Shown here: piece after piece, positions 14,645-21,844 of the stretch
Layout of the letters: each line of letters begins with the position of its first letter
Position numbering within the stretch: position 1 is the stretch's first letter
Source: Actinomycetales bacterium
GTDB taxonomy: Bacteria; Actinomycetota; Actinomycetes; Nanopelagicales; Nanopelagicaceae
Direction of reading: 5' to 3'
DNA length: 24,000 nt
NCBI GenBank assembly: GCA_018969355.1
Contig: JAGWYO010000006.1
Location: forward strand, 15,961 to 39,960
Translations under genes and position numbers: made by a program
Notes under the pieces: generated by a model
Databases searched by the model: none
Told to the model about the DNA's origin: nothing
What the model saw: only the letters and a program-made list of their open reading frames with translations

Positions 14645-16129
14645 ATGTCTGATACACAAACTTGGCAAAAGCGCGCACTTGATCTCAAGCCACGATCGCA
14701 GATTTTCATCAATGGACAATTCGTTGATGCAGCCAGTGGTAAAACCTTTGAAAACTTCTCACCCAGTGATGGACATCTAATTTGTAATGTTGCATCTGGT
14801 GATGGTGAAGATATTAACCGCGCAGTTGCATCAGCTAAAAAGGCATATGACTCCGGTGTGTGGAGTGAGATGAATCCACGCGATAAAAAGGCAATTATGT
14901 TGCGCTGGGCACAACTGCTCAATGAACACCGAGAAGAATTGGCTTTACTTGAAGCTATCGACACAGGCCGTCCTATTGCAGATGCACTCAGTGTGGATGC
15001 TCCTAACTCTGCTCGAGTAATCCAGTGGTATGGCGAAACTATTGATAAGACTTATGACGAAATTGCACCGGCTCCACGCAACGCACTTGCCATGGTGACA
15101 CGCGAACCCCTAGGCGTGATTGGCGCAGTTGTTCCTTGGAACTATCCCATGATGATTACAAGTTGGAAACTAGGTCCGGCATTGGCTATGGGAAACAGCA
15201 TTGTTGTTAAACCTGCAGAAAACTCATCACTGAGTGCGCTCAAGATGGCTGAACTAGCCATTGCTGCAGGATTGCCTGCAGGTGTCTTTAATGTGGTGCC
15301 AGGTCTTGGCTCAGAGGCAGGACAAGCACTTGCCCGTCACATGGATGTTGCAAAGATTGCATTTACAGGTAGCGGACCTACTGGTCGAAAGATGATGCAA
15401 TATGCCGCTGAGTCAAATATGAAACAGGTTTCACTTGAACTTGGTGGAAAGAGCCCACAAGTTGTCCTCAATGACTGCACCGACTTAGAAGCTGCTGCAT
15501 CAACTATTGCTTGGGCCATCTACTACAACGCAGGTCAGACTTGTAATGCTGGATCTCGAATCATCGTTGAGAAAGGCGTGAAAGAAGAGCTCTTTGCACA
15601 CCTTCATACATTCTTAGAAAGCTTTGTCGTTGGAAATCAATTTGATCCAGCAACGCAGATGGCTGGACTTGTCTCTGAACTACAACGCGACCGCGTTAAC
15701 GCCTACCTTGATCTCATTGGCCAAGATGGTGAAAAGCTAATCTTTGGTGGTCAAAAGACCTCCGGAAAAGATCTGCTTATCAAGCCAACATTAATTGATA
15801 ACGTCAAGCCTGGCTCACGTCTTGCCCAAGAGGAGATCTTTGGACCAGTCTTAGTTGCTATTGATGCAAAAGATGAAGCTGAAGCTTTGCAGTTAGCAAA
15901 CGGAACTGAATACGGACTTGCAGCATCGGTATGGACTAATAATGTTGCCCGCGCACATAAGTTTGCCCGCAAACTTCGTGCTGGAACTGTTTGGGTTAAC
16001 ACATTCGACATGCTCGATGTGATTACTCCATTCGGAGGCTTTGGTGCTTCAGGTAATGGAAGAGACAAGTCATTGCATGCCTTAGATGCATACAGCGCAT
16101 TGAAAACAACGTGGGTTGATCTGAATTAA
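14645..16129 (+). CDS. NAD(P)-dependent aldehyde dehydrogenase, PuuC/aminoaldehyde dehydrogenase-like
   Basis: 494 aa. The N-terminus WQKRALDLKPRSQIFINGQFVDAASGKTFENFSP parallels E. coli PuuC. The catalytic Glu is in ELGGKSP and the catalytic Cys in GQTCNAGSR. Confidence 0.9.
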   Translation: MSDTQTWQKRALDLKPRSQIFINGQFVDAASGKTFENFSPSDGHLICNVASGDGEDINRAVASAKKAYDSGVWSEMNPRDKKAIMLRWAQLLNEHREELALLEAIDTGRPIADALSVDAPNSARVIQWYGETIDKTYDEIAPAPRNALAMVTREPLGVIGAVVPWNYPMMITSWKLGPALAMGNSIVVKPAENSSLSALKMAELAIAAGLPAGVFNVVPGLGSEAGQALARHMDVAKIAFTGSGPTGRKMMQYAAESNMKQVSLELGGKSPQVVLNDCTDLEAAASTIAWAIYYNAGQTCNAGSRIIVEKGVKEELFAHLHTFLESFVVGNQFDPATQMAGLVSELQRDRVNAYLDLIGQDGEKLIFGGQKTSGKDLLIKPTLIDNVKPGSRLAQEEIFGPVLVAIDAKDEAEALQLANGTEYGLAASVWTNNVARAHKFARKLRAGTVWVNTFDMLDVITPFGGFGASGNGRDKSLHALDAYSALKTTWVDLN

Positions 16130-17701
16130 ATGCCTGGCGTTGAAATAACTGGCAATGTAGTTCCACGCTCAGAAGAGATTCTGACGCAGCAGGCACTCGA
16201 CCTCATTGCACTGCTGCACCGCACACTCAATCCGCGTCGCTTAGAACTCTTAGCTGCACGCAAAGTGCGCATGCAGCACATTGCAGATGGCAAAGACTTT
16301 GATTTCCTGCCACAAACTAAAGCGATTCGTGATGATAAAAGCTGGAATGTTGCACCGGCTGCGCCGGGTTTAAATGATCGGCGCGTAGAGATCACTGGTC
16401 CCACTGAGCGAAAAATGACGATTAACGCCCTGAACTCTGGGGCAAAGGTCTGGTTAGCAGATTTAGAGGATTCCAATACCCCACTGTGGGAAAATGTTAT
16501 TAATGGTCAACTCAATTTGTTGGATGCAATTACTCGAACAATTGATTTCACAAATGAAGTTGGCAAAAGATATGAACTACGCCCAGATAGTGAATTGGCA
16601 ACTATTGTTGTTCGTCCTCGAGGCTTTCACTTGCCGGAAAAACACATCCTTGTTGATGGCCAGATAACTTCAGGTTCATTTGTTGATTTTGCTTTATACA
16701 TGATCACTTGTGCCAAATTACAGATTGCTCGTGGGCATGGCCCTTACTTCTATCTTGCCAAGATGGAGTCCCACCTTGAAGCTCGTATGTGGAATGAAGC
16801 TTTCAATCTTGCCCAGGATTTCTTAAACATTGCGCGCGGCACCATAAGAGCAACAGCACTTATTGAAACTTTGCCTGCAGCTTTTGAAATGGAAGAAATT
16901 CTCTTTGAACTCAAAGATCATGCGGCTGGACTTAATGCTGGACGCTGGGACTATCTCTTTAGTGTCATTAAAAACTATCGCTTGCGCGGTGCTGATTTTG
17001 TCTTGCCAGATAGAAATAGCGTTGCAATGACTGCGCCCTTTATGCGTGCATATACCGAACTACTTGTGAAAACCTGCCACACCAGAGGCGCACATGCAAT
17101 TGGCGGAATGGCAGCATTCATCCCAAGTTCTGACCCAGCAGTTAACGCAACTGCATTTGAGAAGGTGGCCGCAGATAAAACGCGCGAGGCAAATGAGGGC
17201 TTTGATGGCTCATGGGTTGCCCATCCAGGAATGGTAGAACTGTGTAGAGAGCAGTTCACCAAGGTTTTAGGTGATCGTCCTCATCAAAAGGAAAAGACAA
17301 AGTCAGAAGTTTCAGTCTCGGCAGCTCAATTACTTGATATCAAAGCCACACCTGGCACCGTAACTGAGGCAGGACTTCGCAATAACATCAGTGTTGCAAT
17401 CCAATATCTTGAGCGTTGGTTGGCTGGTTCTGGCGCAGTGGCAATCTTTAACTTGATGGAAGATGCAGCTACAGCTGAGATTTCACGCTCACAGATCTGG
17501 CAATGGATTCATAACGAAGTCAGGCTTGAGAGCGGTGAGCTAGTCAGCGCTAGCTATGTTAAGCAGTTGGCCGATGAAGAGGTTGCAAAACTGCCCCACT
17601 CAACTGACTACACACAAGCTCAAAAGATGTTTATCGAGACTTCAGTTAATGATGATTACTTAGAGTTTCTGACTCTGCCTGCATATGAGGCGATGGCCTA
17701 A
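16130..17701 (+). CDS. aceB: Malate synthase A
   Basis: 523 aa, collinear with E. coli AceB: RRVEITGPTERKMTINALNSGAKVWLADLEDS, GPYFYLAKMES, LIETLPAAFEMEEIL, GRWDY, GGMAAFIPS and LMEDAATAEISRSQIWQWI. The ATG is the base immediately after the aldehyde dehydrogenase TAA (16127-16132, TAAATG). Confidence 0.95.
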   Translation: MPGVEITGNVVPRSEEILTQQALDLIALLHRTLNPRRLELLAARKVRMQHIADGKDFDFLPQTKAIRDDKSWNVAPAAPGLNDRRVEITGPTERKMTINALNSGAKVWLADLEDSNTPLWENVINGQLNLLDAITRTIDFTNEVGKRYELRPDSELATIVVRPRGFHLPEKHILVDGQITSGSFVDFALYMITCAKLQIARGHGPYFYLAKMESHLEARMWNEAFNLAQDFLNIARGTIRATALIETLPAAFEMEEILFELKDHAAGLNAGRWDYLFSVIKNYRLRGADFVLPDRNSVAMTAPFMRAYTELLVKTCHTRGAHAIGGMAAFIPSSDPAVNATAFEKVAADKTREANEGFDGSWVAHPGMVELCREQFTKVLGDRPHQKEKTKSEVSVSAAQLLDIKATPGTVTEAGLRNNISVAIQYLERWLAGSGAVAIFNLMEDAATAEISRSQIWQWIHNEVRLESGELVSASYVKQLADEEVAKLPHSTDYTQAQKMFIETSVNDDYLEFLTLPAYEAMA

Positions 17702-17702
17702 C

Positions 17703-18446
17703 TTAGGCAATAAGCGCAGTGATTTCTTGAGCTGCTGCAATTAACTCAGGAGTCAGCGAAATCAATTGCTCTCGCGTAGTTGTTTGTGTTGGCAAAGTGA
17801 TGTTGAGATAAGCAATAAATCTTCCATCACGTGCGCGAATAGATGCAGAGATCCCACACCATTGCTCAGTGTGCTCTTTATAGTTATATGCAACTCCAGA
17901 AATACGTGCTTGCAAAACTTCAGTACGAAGTTCTTCGGGATCTGTGATTGTGAAATCAGTAAGTGCTGCTAATGGTGTGGCCAAGTAATTCTCTAAATGT
18001 GCATCTGGAAGAGATGCCAAATACAGTTTGCCCACAGATCCGCAATTAAGTGGAACATGCATTCCAGCTAAATCAACTTCTTCTGGCAGATCCATTCGTA
18101 TTTGATCAAGAACTATTAGTTCACCACGAGCAGCAATTTCAAGAAATGCACTTGCCCCAAATAGAGCTGAAATCCGCTCTAGTACTGGCCGTGCTTTTCG
18201 GCTCATCAGATTTGTTTGCGTTGAAGCAGCTAACTTAAATGCACCGCTTCCAACTGTGAATCGACCGGATTCATCATCTTTTTCAACTAATTCAAATTCA
18301 AGCAAAGTATTTATCAAGCGCCACGCAGTTGCGCGATTGATGTCCATAGTTTTTGCCAGCTCTGGAATTGTTTGTGGCTGAGGAGATTGAGCCAAAAGAT
18401 CAAGCATGGCCAGCGCACGCTCAACAGATTGAATCCGTTGCACCAT
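17703..18446 (-). CDS. IclR-family transcriptional regulator
   Basis: 247 aa. N-terminal wHTH (VERALAMLDLLAQSPQPQTIPELAKTMDINRATAWRLINTL) plus an IclR effector domain. SD AAGGAG lies 8 nt before the ATG. It is convergent with aceB, with 1 nt between the stop codons. Confidence 0.9.
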   Translation of the reverse strand: MVQRIQSVERALAMLDLLAQSPQPQTIPELAKTMDINRATAWRLINTLLEFELVEKDDESGRFTVGSGAFKLAASTQTNLMSRKARPVLERISALFGASAFLEIAARGELIVLDQIRMDLPEEVDLAGMHVPLNCGSVGKLYLASLPDAHLENYLATPLAALTDFTITDPEELRTEVLQARISGVAYNYKEHTEQWCGISASIRARDGRFIAYLNITLPTQTTTREQLISLTPELIAAAQEITALIA

Positions 18447-18474
18447 GTGAACCGCTCCTTACATTTTCGTGAAC
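18437..18474. promoter_or_regulatory. Operator-like repeats across the iclR start: GTTGCAC-CAT-GTGAAC, and a second GTGAAC 22 bp away
   Basis: GTTGCAC (18437-18443), then CAT (complement of the iclR ATG), then GTGAAC (18447-18452), is a near copy of the 14582-14598 palindrome. GTGAAC recurs at 18469-18474, exactly two 11-nt steps later. On the minus strand this reads GTTCACGAAAA TGTAAGGAGCG GTTCAC-ATG and brackets the SD. Confidence 0.45.
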
Positions 18475-18572
18475 TATGAGATTTAGGTTAGCGCAATCTG
18501 TGGCGTTGGCATATATGCGGGGACTAGTCTTTGGCCCATCAGCCATATGCGATATTTCTAAGGGGTTTGAGC

Positions 18573-19673
18573 GTGAAAATGAAGGCAGCAGTTCTAGATG
18601 GCATCGGTTCAAAGTTTGAAGTCCGTGAAGTTGAACTAGATAAACCAAAATCTGGGGAACTCCTTGTAAAGGTTGCAGCAAGTGGATTGTGTGCAAGTGA
18701 TTTAAACGCTGTCGATGGAAAGCGCAAGCTAGTTCCATTTCCTGCAGTTATTGGCCATGAAGCCGCTGGTGTTGTTGTCGAGGTTGGTCCTGATGTAACA
18801 GGTGTTGCTGTTGGAGATCACGTCATTATGTCTATCGTTCCTAGCTGTGGAACTTGTGAATACTGTGCAAGTGGTCGGCCAAACTATTGCGCAACTGCAG
18901 GTAATGCAATGTCAGTGGGTGGTTTATTTGATGGCACTTCACGCCTGAGCCACAATGGTGAAAAACTCAATCATTTTTTAACAGTTGCCTCCTTTGCTGA
19001 ATATGTAGTCGTTCCGGCATCTGGCGCAGTTGTGATTCCTAAAGAGATGCCCTTAGATCGTGCAGCCCTTATTAGTTGCGCAGTGTTGACTGGCTATGGC
19101 GCAGTCATGAACACCGCCAAAGTCAAACCTGGTTCAACTGTGGCAGTCTTTGGTTGCGGCGGAGTGGGATTAAATATTGTGCAGGGTGCTCGTATGGCAG
19201 GTGCAACGACAATCATTGCAGTGGATGTAACGCAGGAAAAACTTGATTTAGCTAAAAAGGTGGGCGCTACTCATGTCATCAATGGAGCAACTAGTGATCC
19301 GGTTGCACAGGTTAAGCAAATCTGTGGCGGCGTCGACTATGCCTTTGAAGCCCTCGGTCGTGAGAGCACCATCCAGCAGGCTTGGGGCACGGTAGGTGTG
19401 GATGGAACGCTGATTTTGGTGGGCCTGATGAAAAACGGAGCCACGATCACCCTTGATGCCGGCCCTTTTGTCAACGAACAGTCCATTAAGGGTTGCTACT
19501 TTGGCTCAGCCAACCTGAGAAAAGACGTACCAGCGTTAGTAAAAAGTTATCTAAATGGCGACCTATTCCTAGACGAACTCATATCTGAGCGGATAAGTTT
19601 AGAAGGCCTTAATTCGGCCTTTGATCGTTTAAGGGCCGGGGAGGGGGCGCGAAACGTCTTAGTCTTCGACTAA
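18573..19673 (+). CDS. Zinc-dependent alcohol dehydrogenase (class III / mycothiol-dependent formaldehyde dehydrogenase-like MDR family)
   Basis: GHEAAG catalytic Zn motif, structural Zn cysteines CGTCEYCASGRPNYC, and Rossmann motif GCGGVG. The track start is TTG 18531. I prefer GTG 18573, which lies 7 nt after SD AAGGGG. ATG 18579 (MKAAVL...) is also possible. Confidence 0.85.
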   Translation: MKMKAAVLDGIGSKFEVREVELDKPKSGELLVKVAASGLCASDLNAVDGKRKLVPFPAVIGHEAAGVVVEVGPDVTGVAVGDHVIMSIVPSCGTCEYCASGRPNYCATAGNAMSVGGLFDGTSRLSHNGEKLNHFLTVASFAEYVVVPASGAVVIPKEMPLDRAALISCAVLTGYGAVMNTAKVKPGSTVAVFGCGGVGLNIVQGARMAGATTIIAVDVTQEKLDLAKKVGATHVINGATSDPVAQVKQICGGVDYAFEALGRESTIQQAWGTVGVDGTLILVGLMKNGATITLDAGPFVNEQSIKGCYFGSANLRKDVPALVKSYLNGDLFLDELISERISLEGLNSAFDRLRAGEGARNVLVFD

Positions 19674-19743
19674 TTCGTTTTACGTAAGTACAAAATTCCA
19701 GACCGCTTGCGCTCAACACGTGTAGTGCAAGAGGTAAGGATGT

Positions 19744-20913
19744 ATGACAAAACACATACCACTTACAACTAGGAGGAACGCAGTGAAGTTATCAAAACTA
19801 ACTAGCGGATCTGTAGCTGCAGCACTTGTTGTTGCACTTGCAATTCCAGCACTCAGTACTTCTTCTGCATCAGCTGCTACAGACTACTCAAAAATCACCA
19901 ACGCCTCACAAGGTGGCGGTATGGCCGGTCTAGCAGCTGCATGTAAGAAAGAAGGTCAGCTCAACGTAATCGCTTTGCCTCTTTATTGGGCAAACTACGG
20001 CGAGATGATTGAAGGATTTAAGAAGACATACGGCGTCAAGATTGATGAAGCTAACCCAGAAGGTTCTTCACAGGAAGAAATTGATGCTGCGGTCACAAAT
20101 AAGGGAACTAACCGTTCACCTGACGTGTTCGATATCGGTCTTGCAGTAGCAGTGAAGTATCTCAACACAGGTACTTTCGCACCATACAAGGCCAAGACTT
20201 GGCAGTACTTGCAGTTCGCTCAGACAATTGACCCAAGTGCACAGGTATCACCTAACTACACAGGAACTATGACAATTGGTTACAGCGGAACTCTTGGAAC
20301 TATCACCAAGCTCGATGATCTACTAGATCCAAAGTTCAAGGGCAAGATTGCTCTTAACGGAGATCCACAAGGTTCATCAGCGGCTATGAATGGTATCTTC
20401 ATGATTAACAAGGCATTGGGTGGAACTTTTGATGATGTCACAAAGGGTGTCGCATTCTTTAAGAAGTTAAAGGATGCAGGAAACTTCATCAACGTTAATC
20501 CAACAGAGGCAACAATTGCTTCAGGACAGACTCCAGTTGTCATCGATAACGGTTATATTCAAGCTGGCGTTATTAAGACAATGGCTGCTGCTGGCAAGGT
20601 ATGGAAGATGTACACACCTGCAGCTGTTGGTTCTACCTACAACAGCGCAGTATCTGCATGGGCACCACACCCAGCATGTGCTCGCCTATGGATGGAATAC
20701 ACACTTGGTGAAACAGGCGCAACTGTCTGGGCTAAGGGTGGAGCAACTCCAACTCTATGGGTATGGCTACTTAAGACTGGGCGTGCATCTGCAGAAGGTA
20801 AAGCAGCTATTGGTGTGAGCAAGGTTGTTGCTGAAAAGGCAACTGCTGATCAGACCGCCAAGGCCCGCCTCTACCTAAAGACTGCATGGCCTGCAGCTGT
20901 GGGAACAAACTAA
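19744..20913 (+). CDS. ABC transporter periplasmic-type substrate-binding protein (PotD/AfuA/PhnS-like class); substrate unknown
   Basis: Signal peptide with the hydrophobic core SVAAALVVALAIPALSTSSASAA, and a mature part of about 345 aa. It is the first gene of an SBP-permease-permease-ATPase set. The start is ambiguous. ATG 19744 gives a TRRNAVK twin-arginine-like motif. GTG 19783 lies 6 nt after a perfect AGGAGG. The subfamily assignment is weak. Confidence 0.75.
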   Translation: MTKHIPLTTRRNAVKLSKLTSGSVAAALVVALAIPALSTSSASAATDYSKITNASQGGGMAGLAAACKKEGQLNVIALPLYWANYGEMIEGFKKTYGVKIDEANPEGSSQEEIDAAVTNKGTNRSPDVFDIGLAVAVKYLNTGTFAPYKAKTWQYLQFAQTIDPSAQVSPNYTGTMTIGYSGTLGTITKLDDLLDPKFKGKIALNGDPQGSSAAMNGIFMINKALGGTFDDVTKGVAFFKKLKDAGNFINVNPTEATIASGQTPVVIDNGYIQAGVIKTMAAAGKVWKMYTPAAVGSTYNSAVSAWAPHPACARLWMEYTLGETGATVWAKGGATPTLWVWLLKTGRASAEGKAAIGVSKVVAEKATADQTAKARLYLKTAWPAAVGTN

Positions 20914-20926
20914 GAAGTCAATTCAC

Positions 20927-21844
20927 TTGACTCAACTTCAATACAAGGGAACCGGTTCTGCCACTGGCAGGACCGGTTCTCGGTATTGGCGCAGTAAAAG
21001 GGCATACCTAGGTGTGATCCCATTTCTCATGGTGAGCGGATTATTTCTTCTCTATCCAACATGGAATGTGGCATCAGGTGCTTTTCAAGACAACTACGGA
21101 AAATCGAGTACTTCTGTTTTAAAGGGGGTCTTTAACTCTCCCGTTGCCCGTCACGCTTTTGCTAACTCACTTGAAATCTCCATTAAAACTGCAATTGCTG
21201 GAGCAATTATGGGTGGCCTCTTTGCATGGGCGATAGTTAACGGCAAACGCGATGGGTATTTCTACCGTTTCTCAGTGGCTTTGAGCTCTGTGCTCGCCCA
21301 GTTCGGTGGCGTTATGTTGACCTTTGCATTCTTAGCAACTTTTGGTTTTAATGGGCTCGTTGCAAATCTAGCGATAAAAGTTGCCCCTAATTCTTTCCTT
21401 GCAGAATCCTCATGGCTCTATGGCATGCTGGGTTTGAGCGTTCTTTATACTTTTTTTCAGATCCCACTCATGGTGCTTGTCTTTCTACCAACACTTGAAA
21501 ATCTCAAGCCCCAATGGCGTGAAGCATCTGATGCACTTGGTGGTAAAGCTTGGGAATACTGGCTTCGCATTGGAATTCCTATTCTCACGCCTTCATTTGC
21601 TGGAGCTGCACTACTTCTTTTTGTTAATTCATTTTCTGCCTATGCAACAGCCCAAACACTGATCAATCTTTCGGATTTCCTGACTCCTCTTGAAATCGCA
21701 ACGGCCCTTACTAGTGAAACTGGTGGGTCTAATCCAGCTGAAGCTAAAGCTCTCTCCTTATTCATGGTAATCGTTGTGATTATTGCAATGACTATCTACG
21801 CACTCCTTCGCCGTCGCGTGAGTAGATGGGAGCAGCGCCGATGA
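20927..21844 (+). CDS. ABC transporter permease
   Basis: 305 aa with about 6 TM segments and the EAA loop REASDALGGKAWEYWLRIGIPILTPSF. The start is uncertain. TTG 20927 has no SD and its first 18 codons contain the 20949-20979 hairpin. The next in-frame start is GTG 21014. Confidence 0.75.
   Translation: MTQLQYKGTGSATGRTGSRYWRSKRAYLGVIPFLMVSGLFLLYPTWNVASGAFQDNYGKSSTSVLKGVFNSPVARHAFANSLEISIKTAIAGAIMGGLFAWAIVNGKRDGYFYRFSVALSSVLAQFGGVMLTFAFLATFGFNGLVANLAIKVAPNSFLAESSWLYGMLGLSVLYTFFQIPLMVLVFLPTLENLKPQWREASDALGGKAWEYWLRIGIPILTPSFAGAALLLFVNSFSAYATAQTLINLSDFLTPLEIATALTSETGGSNPAEAKALSLFMVIVVIIAMTIYALLRRRVSRWEQRR
20949..20979 (+). other. Strong RNA hairpin at the SBP/permease junction
   Basis: GAACCGGTTCTGCC-ACT-GGCAGGACCGGTTC forms 14 bp (one G-U) around a 3-nt loop, 36 nt after the SBP stop. 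It is extendable by G47-C81 and G48-U80. No U-tract follows. Confidence 0.7.

Noticed and set aside
14572-14964. Antisense ORFs of 60-130 aa opposite real genes (for example 14572-14964, 15751-16068, 16126-16476, 16975-17262, 22592-22882 and 23330-23674 on the minus strand; 11910-12293, 5531-5821 and 20474-20818 on the plus strand)
   Set aside because: Each lies fully within a confidently identified gene on the other strand or in another frame. Their translations are Ser/Ala/Arg/Pro-rich with no motifs, as expected from stop-poor antisense frames.
18509-18555. AT-rich palindromes GCATATATGC (18509-18518) and CATATG (18544-18549), with repeated ATATGCG, in the alcohol dehydrogenase leader
   Set aside because: Short alternating AT palindromes arise easily by chance. 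I could not connect them to a second copy elsewhere or to a promoter element. They may still belong to an operator.
19680-19731. TTACGTAA palindrome (19680-19687) and hairpin CTTGCGCT-N10-AGTGCAAG (19706-19731, with internal ACACGTGT) between the alcohol dehydrogenase and the binding-protein gene
   Set aside because: The stem is 8 bp with a G-U pair and has no U-tract, so it is not a convincing terminator. No second copy exists to support an operator. I noted it, but the evidence is too weak for a feature call.
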